A DNA stretch of 64,000 nucleotides from Thermoanaerobaculia bacterium (lineage in GTDB: Bacteria > Acidobacteriota > Thermoanaerobaculia > Multivoradales > UBA5704). The stretch is taken from assembly GCA_044226625.1 (NCBI GenBank), contig JBGAGQ010000024.1, positions 16,570-80,569 on the forward strand, in the 5' to 3' direction. A program made the translations under genes and the position numbers. This document shows positions 1-9,900 of this stretch, one piece after another (the stretch's first letter is position 1; each line of letters starts with the position of its first letter). A model generated the notes under the pieces. The model had not been told where the DNA came from. It did not search any database and saw nothing but the letters and a program-made list of their open reading frames with translations.

Positions 1-87
1 GCGCGGGTCGTCGCCTGGTACGACAACGAATGGGGATATGCCCACCGGCTCGCCGACCTGCTCGGCCGTCTGGCTCTATCCGGTTGA
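1..87 (+). CDS. gap: Glyceraldehyde-3-phosphate dehydrogenase, 3' end (partial)
   Basis: Frame 1 reads ARVVAWYDNEWGYAHRLADL...*, the conserved GAPDH C-terminal WYDNEWGY motif; directly upstream of pgk. Confidence 0.95.
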   Translation, partial: ARVVAWYDNEWGYAHRLADLLGRLALSG

Positions 88-194
88 TCGACCTGATCGC
101 GAGGCGCCGAGGTCGCGCCGGTTCGCGCCGACTCGAGCTGGTTTGAGAAGAACGATCGATTCACGGGAGGGATGCTCCGATGGTGCCTGGCAAC

Positions 195-1409
195 ATGAAA
201 CGGCTCGCGACCCTGGAAGATCTCGATCTCTCCGATCTTCGGGGGCGGCGAGTCTTCGTCCGCGTGGACTTCAACGTACCCATGACGAAAGCCGGCGAGG
301 TCGCCGACACGACCCGGCTCGAAGAGGCTCTGCCGACGATCCGCGAGCTTCGTAGCGCGGGAGCGAAGGTGATCCTGGCCTCTCATCATGGCCGGCCCAA
401 AGGTGGGCCGGATCCGAAATACAGCCTCAAACCGGTCGCTGCCAAGCTCGGAGAGCTGCTCGGGGCCGAGGTCCGCTTCGTCGACGATTGCATCGGAGCG
501 AGCGCCGAGGCTGGGATCGCCGGGCTCGCCGCAGGCGGCGTCCTGGTGCTCGAAAACCTTCGATTCCACGCCGGAGAGACGGCGAACGATCCCGACTTCG
601 GGGCGGCGCTCGCGGCTCTCGCCGAGGCCTACGTGGACGACGCGTTCGGCTCCGCGCATCGCGCCCATGCCTCGGTCGTGGGCATCGCGGAGCGTTTGTC
701 GCGCCGCGCGGCGGGACGGTTGATGGTTCGGGAGGTCGAGTCCCTGGGCCGGCTGCTCGGAGAGCCCGAGCGGCCGTTCGCGGCGGTCCTCGGAGGCGCG
801 AAGATCGAGGGGAAGATCGAAACGCTCGAGAACCTTTTGCCCCGGCTCGACCTCCTCCTGCTGGGCGGAGGGATGGCGAACACTTTCCTCGCGGCGCAGG
901 GATTCGACCTCGGCGCCTCGCTGTTCGAGCCCGACCGCCTGGACCTCGCCAAGGAGATTCTCGCGAGGGCCGCGGCGCAGGGCACGGAAGTCCTCCTTCC
1001 CGTCGACCTGGTCACGACGGACGACCTCGACGCGCCGCAGCGTGTGGAAACCGTCGCGGTGGGCGAAGTGCCGGCGGGTGCCAAGGCGGTCGACGTCGGC
1101 CCCGCGACGCGCGCGGCGTACGGAGAGGCGATCGCCCGGGCGCGGACGTTGTTTTGGAACGGGCCGCTCGGGGTGTTCGAAAAACCGCCGTTCGACGATG
1201 GGACGCGATCGCTCGCGAGGACCCTCGGCGATCTGCCCTGTTTCTCGGTGGTCGGCGGCGGCGAGACCGTGGCCGCGGTGCGCCAGGCGGGGGTCGCCGA
1301 CCGGATCGGCCACGTCTCGACCGGAGGGGGCGCCTCGCTGGAGTTCTTGGCGGGAAAGATCCTGCCGGGCGTCGCGGTTCTCGAACGGCTGCCGGAAGGG
1401 GAAGGCTGA
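195..1409 (+). CDS. pgk: Phosphoglycerate kinase
   Basis: [55 protein letters not shown] motifs; ATG at 195 (alternative 180). Confidence 0.98.
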   Translation: MKRLATLEDLDLSDLRGRRVFVRVDFNVPMTKAGEVADTTRLEEALPTIRELRSAGAKVILASHHGRPKGGPDPKYSLKPVAAKLGELLGAEVRFVDDCIGASAEAGIAGLAAGGVLVLENLRFHAGETANDPDFGAALAALAEAYVDDAFGSAHRAHASVVGIAERLSRRAAGRLMVREVESLGRLLGEPERPFAAVLGGAKIEGKIETLENLLPRLDLLLLGGGMANTFLAAQGFDLGASLFEPDRLDLAKEILARAAAQGTEVLLPVDLVTTDDLDAPQRVETVAVGEVPAGAKAVDVGPATRAAYGEAIARARTLFWNGPLGVFEKPPFDDGTRSLARTLGDLPCFSVVGGGETVAAVRQAGVADRIGHVSTGGGASLEFLAGKILPGVAVLERLPEGEG

Positions 1410-1482
1410 GCCGATGGCCGTCGCCGAGCCGGGACTCGAAGCCGCGAGCTGGACCGCCTGGCAGGAAGTTGCGGTGGAACCG

Positions 1483-2262
1483 ATGGGGCGACAGCTGGTC
1501 GCCGCGAATTGGAAGATGCACTTGCTGCGCGACGAGGCGACCGAATTCTGCTCCGGTCTGCTCGATCGACTGCCCGCCGCCGGGCCGCAAATCGCGATCT
1601 TTCCGAGTTTCCCGCTCATTCCGATCGTGGTCGACCAACTCGCCGGCAGCGACGTCGTGGTCGGCGGTCAGGACCTCCACCCCGAGGCCAAGGGGGCGCA
1701 CACCGGCGACGTCTCCGGTGTTCAGCTGGCCGACGCCGGGGCGAGTTGGGTGCTTTGCGGGCATAGCGAGCGTCGCCGCGACCATGCCGAAGGGGACGAT
1801 TTGGTCGGCCGCAAAGTCCGTGCGGCGTTCCGAGCCGGTCTCACTCCCCTCGTCTGCCTCGGCGAGACACGGGAGGAGCGTCAATCCGGGCAGACCTTCG
1901 AGGTGCTCGCGCGCCAGTTGACGGGCGCGCTCGGTCCCCCGATAGGACCGGTCGGCACGGACGGCCCCGCGATGCCCCGCTTCGCCCTTGCCTATGAGCC
2001 GGTTTGGGCCATCGGGACGGGCGAAGTGGCGACACCGGAGACCGCATCCGAAGCGCACCGATTCCTTCGCAGGGAGCTCGCGCGTCGGCTCGGCGAGGAT
2101 GCGGCCGAGGCGATCTCGATCGTTTACGGCGGCTCGGTGACGCCCGAAAACGCCCCCGATCTCGCCGCCGCCGAGGGGATCGACGGCTTTTTGGTCGGCG
2201 GCGCGAGCCTTGACCTGGAAAAATTCTTGAGTATCATCTCCCCCTTCGGTCGGACGACCTGA
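1483..2262 (+). CDS. tpiA: Triosephosphate isomerase
   Basis: AANWKM, GHSERR, AYEPVWAIGTG, YGGSV, LVGGASL motifs; start 1483 or 1414. Confidence 0.97.
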   Translation: MGRQLVAANWKMHLLRDEATEFCSGLLDRLPAAGPQIAIFPSFPLIPIVVDQLAGSDVVVGGQDLHPEAKGAHTGDVSGVQLADAGASWVLCGHSERRRDHAEGDDLVGRKVRAAFRAGLTPLVCLGETREERQSGQTFEVLARQLTGALGPPIGPVGTDGPAMPRFALAYEPVWAIGTGEVATPETASEAHRFLRRELARRLGEDAAEAISIVYGGSVTPENAPDLAAAEGIDGFLVGGASLDLEKFLSIISPFGRTT

Positions 2263-2281
2263 AGGCTTGGAGGCTTTCCGC

Positions 2282-2620
2282 GTGATCTATCTCTTCTACA
2301 CCGTGCACATCATCGTCTGTGTGTTCCTGATCCTGGTGGTCCTTCTCCAGCAGGGCAAGGGCGCGGACCTTTCGGTGTTCGGCGGCGGTGCCACCCAGAC
2401 GGTGTTCGGGGCGCGCGGTGCGACCACCCTGCTGCACAAGCTGACGGTCAGCTCGTTCGTCATCTTCATCTTGACGACCCTCGCGATCGCCGTGGTCCAG
2501 CGGCGTGAAGAAGGAACGTCCGTCATGAAGGGCCTCGCCGGAAAGTCCAGTGCTTCGAAGCCGGCGCCGGCCGCTCCGAAGGCCCCGGCTCCCGCGCCGG
2601 CCCCGGCGCAGAAGCCGTAG
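2282..2620 (+). CDS. secG: Preprotein translocase subunit SecG
   Basis: Two TM helices, VLLQQGKGADLSVFGGG motif, tpiA-secG-tRNA-Leu synteny; Ala/Pro-rich tail; start GTG 2282 or TTG 2267. Confidence 0.95.
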   Translation: MIYLFYTVHIIVCVFLILVVLLQQGKGADLSVFGGGATQTVFGARGATTLLHKLTVSSFVIFILTTLAIAVVQRREEGTSVMKGLAGKSSASKPAPAAPKAPAPAPAPAQKP

Positions 2621-2693
2621 TTAGCCGTTTTTTGCGAGCCGTTCCTCGCGGCCCGTTTGAAGGACCCGCCCCCGGGCGGAACGAGTTCTTTGT

Positions 2694-2778
<85 letters not shown>

Positions 2779-2809
2779 TCTCCTTCCCCTCAGCTCCCCC
2801 GATCCGGTC

Positions 2810-3628
2810 TCAGTGAACCCAGGGTCCCTTGCGAACCTGGCCTCCCGGCCCTTCGCTTCGAGGGACGGCGCGCAAATTCCGCTTCTTCTGCAGACGAGAG
2901 AGCTTCCATTCGAGATAGCGCTTGCGGAGGCGTAGGCGGAGCTCTTTGAGTCCTCCGCCCCGTCCGCCGCGGTTACCCCGGTAGCCCCAACCCGCCGGGC
3001 GCCACCAGGCGAACGCGGTCGCCGTCCCGATACCGACGAGGCCCCCGATGTCGTGCGTCTGAAGGAAGCCAAGGAAGGCCACCAGCAGGGTGATCGCCGG
3101 AAACCAAGCCGCCCGGACCGGGAGGACGAAGAACAGATAGATGGTGGCCTCCCGGTGCAGCACGGCGAACGAGGCGATCAAGAGCGCCAGAAGGATCCGC
3201 TGGCCCTGCATCATGGAGAGATCGGCCGCGCCGGCCGCGCCCCACGTCACGACGAGGAGCTCGACGGCGAGGGCCGCGGCGCCTGCGATCAGCGCGCCCG
3301 GCAGGATCAACCGCCAGAAGCGTCGCCGCCCGATGTCGAGGAAGACGTCGCGCGAGAACCAGAAGAGGACGAGGAACTCGAAGACGATGCCGAGGCCGGG
3401 TTGACCGATGCCGGCAAAAGGATAGGTGGCGAGTTGCCAAACGAAGCCGCGCTGCCAGACGGCGGGGGATAGCCAGAGGAGCCAGGGGACGATCGCCGTG
3501 GACGCGAAGAACTGGCAAGAAAACGTGACGAAAAGAACCGCGAGGATCGCGATCACGTCCCGCGGCGGCGTTCCCGAGGGACCGCCGAAACCGGGGAGGG
3601 AAAAACGGCCGGGCTGGCTGGAATACAT
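2810..3628 (-). CDS. Rhomboid-like intramembrane protein (probably lacking the canonical catalytic dyad)
   Basis: [20 protein letters not shown] motifs, multiple TM helices and basic tail ending KGPWVH; no clear GxSG catalytic motif. Confidence 0.7.
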   Translation of the reverse strand: MYSSQPGRFSLPGFGGPSGTPPRDVIAILAVLFVTFSCQFFASTAIVPWLLWLSPAVWQRGFVWQLATYPFAGIGQPGLGIVFEFLVLFWFSRDVFLDIGRRRFWRLILPGALIAGAAALAVELLVVTWGAAGAADLSMMQGQRILLALLIASFAVLHREATIYLFFVLPVRAAWFPAITLLVAFLGFLQTHDIGGLVGIGTATAFAWWRPAGWGYRGNRGGRGGGLKELRLRLRKRYLEWKLSRLQKKRNLRAVPRSEGPGGQVRKGPWVH

Positions 3629-3715
3629 CGGCTAGAGCCTCCACCGCCGATTCTATCCGCCCGACGGAAGGTACGTTCGGAGAGTCCCTTCCATCTCAGG
3701 GCCGCTCAGGGCCGC

Positions 3716-5011
3716 TCAGGCCCGGCGCAGCCAGCGCGCGAGCTCACCGAACGTCGGCTTCTTGCCGTACATCAAGATCCCCACGCGGTAGATCCGCGCC
3801 GTCGTCCAGACCATCAGGAAGACGAAGCCGGCCGTGAGCACTTCGGCGAGCAGCACCTGCCAGAGCGGGGGCATGCGGATCGCCAGCCGGAGCGTCATCA
3901 GGAGCGGAGTGAAGATAGGGACGAGCGAAAGGACCACCGCGAGCGTCGAATCCGGATCGTTGATCACCTTCGGGGCGAGGAACATGGGCACCGCGAGCAG
4001 GAGGATCAGGGGTGCCGCCGTTTGCTGGGCCTCCTGCAGATTGTTGAAGGCGGCGCCGAGGGCCGCATAGAAGCTCGAGAACAGGAAGAAGCCGAGCACG
4101 AAGAACGCGATCAGATGGATCGCGGTTCCAACCCCGATCGAGGGGAGCGTGACGTCTTTCGGAAGGTAGGCAAGGGCCATCGCGACGCCGGGTGAGGTGA
4201 CCACCGCGGCGGTGACCACCCAGATCGCGAACTGGGTCAAGCCCACGGAACCGATGCCGAGCAGCTTACCGAGCATCAAATCGAACGGCTTCACCGCCGA
4301 AAGCAGGACCTCGACGACACGGTTCCCCTTCTCGTCGAGGATGCCGGTCATCACCTGCTGTCCCCAGACCTGGATCGCGATGAACAGCATCATGAAGACG
4401 ACGTAAGCGAGCGCGGCGCCGGCGAGCCCGATCTCGCGCTTGGAGCCCTCCTCCGACACGCGGACGGTGTCGAGCTCTACGCCGCGCATCAGATCCTCCG
4501 CTCGCGCCGGATCGAGCCCCGCCTCGGCCAGGCGAAGGCGTTGAAAGGCGCGGGAGAGCCGTCGCTCCACCCGCGATTGAGTGACGAACCCGGAGGTGCT
4601 GCGCGCCCGGTAGGTCACCTTCCCGGTACGGAGGGACGCGTCGTCGATCAGGATCCAGGCGGCGATCTCATGATCGAGGACCCGCCGGTCGAGCTGCTTT
4701 TCCTGCTCGGCCCGGTCCGATCGCGGCGCCTCGAGGACGAGCTCTATCTCGGACTTTCGCTCGGTGCCTTCGGCCGGATCGGCCGCCGTCTCGTCGGACG
4801 CTTTGCGTTGGAGCTCCGGCCGAATCTTGGCCGTACGGTCGAGGACGACCATTCGCTCTTTGTCGGAAGACATCGAGAGGAGGAGCGAAGGAAGGACCGT
4901 CGCGGCGAGGACGAAAAGCGGCAGACCGAGGGTCGAAAACCAGAAAGCCTTGCCCTTGACCCGCAGGAGATACTCCCGCTTGGCGACCGAAAGGGTGTGG
5001 TCAAGCCTCAT
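3716..5011 (-). CDS. ABC-2 type permease (NatB/YhaP-like)
   Basis: VAKREYL N-terminus, DEKGNRVVEVLLS, LMLGKLLG, ARIYRVGILMYGK motifs; overlaps ATPase stop. Confidence 0.9.
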   Translation of the reverse strand: MRLDHTLSVAKREYLLRVKGKAFWFSTLGLPLFVLAATVLPSLLLSMSSDKERMVVLDRTAKIRPELQRKASDETAADPAEGTERKSEIELVLEAPRSDRAEQEKQLDRRVLDHEIAAWILIDDASLRTGKVTYRARSTSGFVTQSRVERRLSRAFQRLRLAEAGLDPARAEDLMRGVELDTVRVSEEGSKREIGLAGAALAYVVFMMLFIAIQVWGQQVMTGILDEKGNRVVEVLLSAVKPFDLMLGKLLGIGSVGLTQFAIWVVTAAVVTSPGVAMALAYLPKDVTLPSIGVGTAIHLIAFFVLGFFLFSSFYAALGAAFNNLQEAQQTAAPLILLLAVPMFLAPKVINDPDSTLAVVLSLVPIFTPLLMTLRLAIRMPPLWQVLLAEVLTAGFVFLMVWTTARIYRVGILMYGKKPTFGELARWLRRA

Positions 5012-5903
5012 CGCGAACCACCTCGAGAAAGATCTGCTCGAGCGCAGGCTCTTCGGAACGGAAGTCCGAGACGCGCAGGAATTCAACGGCACGGGCGAGC
5101 ACTTGGGAACCCTCTACGCCCGAAGCGAGACCGAAGCGTGCGGTGCTGGCCGTGATGGCCACGTCCTCGACCCCGGCGATTTCCCGGAGGCGCGAGAGAT
5201 CGCCCTCGGCGGTGAGCCGGAAGGAGCGGCCCGCGTGCCGCGCCTTCACCTCCGCGAGCTCGCCGGCCAAGACGACCCTCCCCTTGGAGATCAGGCAGAT
5301 CCGGTCGCACATCCGCTCCGCGAGCTCCATCCCGTGGGTGGAAAGTACGACGGTCCGCCCGCCGTCCCGAAGCTCGGTCAGAAGCTCGCGGAAGAGCTCC
5401 TGATTGAGCGGGTCGAGCCCGGAAAACGGCTCGTCGAGGATCAGGAGATCCGGCCGATGGAGGACCGTGCCGATGAGCTGGACCTTCTGCTGCATTCCCT
5501 TGGAAAGCTCCTCGATCCGTCGCTTGGCCCAGGCCCCGAGGCCCGCGCGCTCTAGCCACGGCTCGATCTCTTCGAGCGCCGCGCGCCGTTTGAGCCCGCG
5601 GATCTCCGCGAGGAAGAGGAGCTGGTCCAGCACGGTCATCTTCCGATAGAGACCCCGCTCCTCCGGCAGGTAGCCGACCCGGTCGAGGTCCCCTTCCCGG
5701 CGAGATCGGCCGAACATTCGTATCTCGCCGGAATCGGGCGCCAAGATGTCGAGGATCATCCGGATCGTCGTCGTCTTCCCGGCGCCGTTCGGACCGAGCA
5801 AGCCGAAGATCGACCCCGCCGGGACTTCGAAGCTCACGCCCGCGACGGCCTGATGTCCTTCATAGCTCTTGCGGACGTCGAGCAACTCGAGAATTTCGGT
5901 CAT
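5001..5903 (-). CDS. ABC transporter ATP-binding protein (NatA/YhaQ-like)
   Basis: [32 protein letters not shown] motifs. Confidence 0.95.
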   Translation of the reverse strand: MTEILELLDVRKSYEGHQAVAGVSFEVPAGSIFGLLGPNGAGKTTTIRMILDILAPDSGEIRMFGRSRREGDLDRVGYLPEERGLYRKMTVLDQLLFLAEIRGLKRRAALEEIEPWLERAGLGAWAKRRIEELSKGMQQKVQLIGTVLHRPDLLILDEPFSGLDPLNQELFRELLTELRDGGRTVVLSTHGMELAERMCDRICLISKGRVVLAGELAEVKARHAGRSFRLTAEGDLSRLREIAGVEDVAITASTARFGLASGVEGSQVLARAVEFLRVSDFRSEEPALEQIFLEVVRDEA

Positions 5904-5915
5904 GTTGCCTCAAGG

Positions 5916-5941
5916 TACGAAACTTTTCAGCCGGAGTTCAG
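5916..5941 (-). promoter_or_regulatory. Candidate ECF-sigma promoter for the ABC operon
   Basis: Minus strand CTGAAC-N16-CGTA, 12 nt before the ATG at 5903. Confidence 0.5.
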
Positions 5942-5968
5942 CGACGGAGCCACATCATAGTCCCGCGC

Positions 5969-5995
5969 TGAAACAACCGGCCGACTGGTGGCGTA
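5969..5995 (+). promoter_or_regulatory. Candidate ECF-sigma promoter for the sensor-domain gene
   Basis: TGAAAC-N17-CGTA, resembling the SigW/SigM-type consensus. Confidence 0.55.
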
Positions 5996-6024
5996 GAGGC
6001 GGATTGATGCTGGAGGAGAATGCC

Positions 6025-6696
6025 ATGAACGACAGCCTGTCCTTTCGCGAGACGCCTCTCGGCCTATTCCTCACCGCGCCGTTTCGCGCTCGGTCGTACT
6101 CCAACCTGCTCTATCTCGCCCTCGCCTTCCCGCTCGGGCTCGTCTACTTCGTCTTTCTGGCCATCGGCCTGTCGGTCGGTTTGGGCCTGACGATCATCTG
6201 GATCGGCCTGCCGATCCTCGCCGCGGTGATGTTGGGCAGCTTCGGTCTGAGCCTCTTCGAGCGCCAGCTCGCGATCCATCTGCTGGGTGCGAAAGTCCCG
6301 CCGATGAGCTCCGCGGCGCCGCCTCCGGCCGGCTTTTGGGCTCGGGTGCGGGAGTTCCTTGCGAACCCGGCGACCTGGAAGGGGATGACCTACCTCGCGA
6401 TCAAGTTCCCGCTCGGGCTCGCCACGTTCGTGGCCTTCGTGACCCTGGGGTCGATCACGCTCGCGTTCCTGCTCGCTCCGCTCTATTACGGCTGGCTGCC
6501 CGGACCCATGTTCGACCTGGGAGCCTACTCTTGGAGCGTCGAGACCTTTGGAGACGCCCTTCTCTGCTCGGCGGTCGGAGCGCTACTCGGTCTGGTGTCT
6601 CTCAACGTGTTCAACGGCGTCGCCTTCGCTTGGCGCGAGCTTTCCGCCGCGATGCTCGGCAGCTCGAGGTTCTCTGGCGCGGCCGCCGGCGCCTGA
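6025..6696 (+). CDS. Stand-alone putative sensor-domain membrane protein (PF13796-like)
   Basis: LLYLALAFPLGLVYF...IWIGLPIL...ERQLA...ATWKGMTYLAIKFPLG pattern; GGAGGAG RBS before ATG 6025. Confidence 0.75.
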   Translation: MNDSLSFRETPLGLFLTAPFRARSYSNLLYLALAFPLGLVYFVFLAIGLSVGLGLTIIWIGLPILAAVMLGSFGLSLFERQLAIHLLGAKVPPMSSAAPPPAGFWARVREFLANPATWKGMTYLAIKFPLGLATFVAFVTLGSITLAFLLAPLYYGWLPGPMFDLGAYSWSVETFGDALLCSAVGALLGLVSLNVFNGVAFAWRELSAAMLGSSRFSGAAAGA

Positions 6697-6996
6697 TCGT
6701 TGAATGGGCCGTCCGGCGCGGACGGCCCCTTGCCTTCTTCTCATCCTCTCGACAGTTCGAGACGAACGTCCGACCGGATCGCGCCGATCCCTCCCGGGAT
6801 CGACCCGCCTTAATCGCGAAAAACCTTTTGCTGGAAGGGCTTTACAGACCGCTTGATCTGTGTGTGATACCCTTCGACGGGTTCTGCTCCAAGTGAAAAT
6901 CCCTCCGTTTGCCAATGAGCAAACGGAGATAGCTGTGCTGGCGGGAGTGAGGATCTTCAAACGGCAGCTCCTCCGACCGTCCGCGAGGGCCCTTCG

Positions 6997-9900
6997 ATGA
7001 CCGCCAAGAGATTTCCCCAGCTCCTCGCGTTCGCGGTGGCGAGCCTGTTTGCTCTCCGACCGGCGGCGGCAGTGACGTCCACGTTCAAGATCTATATCGA
7101 CGCGGGCAACGACAACGCGGCGACCAGCTGTACCGATCCCTCCGTACCTTTCCGTTTCGACGAGGTGCTGACCACGACGGTCGACACGAGCGGAGCGGCA
7201 TCGGCCTCCGTCACCGCGGTCGCCCACCAGTCGTGTCTCTCCGGCACGCTCGATCCCACGCCGCACGCGGTGCCCGGGCCGCCCACGCCGCCCTGGAACG
7301 TCGGCATCGGCAACGGCGACAACGCGACCAACGTCATCGAAACGTTCTTCAAGTTCACCGGCGCCGCCCCCACCTCCGTACGGTTCGCGCTGGTCGCGAC
7401 CGGCGCGAGCGGCGGGCTGGACATCGTCACGACCACCGCTTCGGGAAGCCCGACGCCGATCGTGCTGGTGCTCGGTCCGGTCATCGACATCCCCACCCTG
7501 GGCGGCTGGGGCCTCGCCCTCCTCGGATTGCTCCTCGCGCTCGCGGCCGGAAAGACGCTGCGTCGGCGCGGCGCGCGGGTCGCGCTCGCGATCCTGTTCC
7601 TCTCGTCTGCGGGCGCGCTTTGGGCGGTTTGTCTTTTCGACGGCCTGACCAACGACTGGTCGGTCGGCCAGCGGGTCGCGCAGGACAACGCCGGAGATTC
7701 AGCGGGTGGTCCCGACGTGCGCTCGTTCTACGCCAAGTTCGAGAACGGAAGCCTCTGCTTCCGAATCGACAGCTCGCTCATCTTCAACGATCCGCCGACC
7801 GCCGATGACCAGGCCCCCTCGACCGCCGAGGACACGGCCCTGCCGTTGACCTTGACGGGAAGCGATCCGAACGGCGACCCGCTCACCTTCTCGATCGTCT
7901 CCGGCCCCGCCCATGGCACTCTCGGCCCGTTGTCCGGCGCGACCGCGACGAGCGTGAACGTCTCTTACACACCGGCCGCCGATTTCAACGGTTCCGACAG
8001 CTTCGTGTTCCAGGTCGCCGATGGTCTGGGAGGGACCGACCAGGGAACGGTGTCGATCACGGTCACCCCGGTCGACGACACTCCGATCGCGGTCAACGAC
8101 GCGGCGACGGTCGCCGAGGACTCGGGCGCCACGGCGGTCCCTGTCCTGGCCAACGACACGGACGTCGACGCCGGACCGATCGGCATCGCGTCGGTGACGC
8201 AGCCGGCGAACGGCACCGTGGTCATAACGGGCGGCGGCACGGGTCTGACCTACGCGCCGAACGCGAACTACTGCAATCAGCCTCCCGGCACGACGCTCGA
8301 CACCTTTACCTACACCTTGACGCCGGGTAGCTCGTCAGCGACGGTGACGATGACGGTGACCTGCGTCGACGACGCGCCGGTCGCGGTGGCCGACGCGGCG
8401 ACCGTCGCCGAGGACTCCGGCGCAAGCGCGGTCGACGTGCTCACGAACGACACAGACATCGACGCGGGTCCGAAGACCGTCGCCTCGGTGACGCAGCCTA
8501 CGAACGGCTCGGTGGTGATCACCGGCGGCGGTACGGGTCTTACCTACGCCCCGAACGCGAACTACTGCAACCAGCCGCCGGGTACGACGCTCGACACCTT
8601 TACTTACACCTTGGCGCCTGGCGGGTCCTCCGCAACAGTCACGATGACGGTGACCTGCGTGGACGACGCACCGGTCGCGGTGGCCGACGCGGCGACCGTC
8701 GCCGAGGACTCGGGCGCCACCGCGGTCTCCGTCCTCGCCAACGACACGGACGTCGACGCGGGTCCCATCAGCATTGCGTCGGTAACGCAGCCTGCGAACG
8801 GCGCGGTGGTGATCACGGGCGGCGGAACGGGGCTGACTTACGCGCCGAACGCGAACTACTGCAACCAGCCGCCGGGCACGACGCTCGACACCTTCACCTA
8901 CACCCTGACGCCCGGCAGCTCTTCGACGACGGTGACGATGACCGTGACCTGCGTCGACGACAACCCCGTCGCGGTTGCGGACGCAGCGACGGTGCTCGAG
9001 GATTCGGGCGCGAACGCGATCGCCGTGTTGGCGAACGACACCGACATCGACGCGGGCCCGAAGAGCGTCGCCTCGGTGACTCAGCCGGTCAACGGCGCGG
9101 TGGTGATCACGGGCGGCGGCACGGGCCTCACTTACGCGCCGAGCGCGAACTACTGCAACAACCCGCCCGGGACGACGCTCGACACCTTCACCTATACCCT
9201 GGCACCGGGCGGTAGCTCGACGACGGTGACGATGACCGTGACGTGCGTGGACGACGCTCCCGTCGCCGTAGCGGACGCCGCGACGGTGAACGAAGACTCC
9301 GGCGCCAATGCGATCAACGTCCTGGCCAACGATCCGGACCTCGACGGCGGACCCAAGGTGGTGGGCTCGGTCACGCAGCCGGCCAACGGTGCGGTCGTGA
9401 TCACGGGCGGCGGCACGGGCCTCACCTATGCGCCGAACGCCGACTACTGCAACCAGCCGCCGGGCACGACGCTGGACACCTTCACTTACACCTTGAGCCC
9501 CGGGGGATCGTCGGCCACCGTCACGGTGACCGTGAGCTGTCTGAACGACGCTCCGGCCGTGGACCTGGACGCGAACGACGACCAGGGGACCACGGGCTCC
9601 GATTTTGCGGCCACCTACACCGAAGGCACCGCCGCGACGCTCATCGAGGATCCGACCGACGCGACGGTGACCGACATCGACAACACCACGTTGGCTTCGA
9701 TGACGGTGACCCTCACGAACCTTCTCGACACCGGTTTCGAGACGCTCTCGACGGATACGACGGGGACCTCGATCGTCGCCGTCTATACGCTCGCTCCCGG
9801 CACCGGAACTCTCACGCTGACGGGGCCCGACACGATCGCCAACTTCCGAACCGTGCTCCGCAAGGTGCGGTATCTAAACACCGACATCGACCCTGATGCC

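Noticed and set aside
1042-1482. tpiA frame stays open far into pgk, hinting at a Thermotoga-style PGK-TPI frameshift fusion
   Set aside because: Long stop-free alternative frames are expected at this GC content; no clear slippery site, and tpiA has its own ATG options
3695-3720. 10-bp tandem repeat CTCAGGGCCG x2.6 at the permease stop codon
   Set aside because: Simple slippage duplication in a short intergenic gap with no evident function
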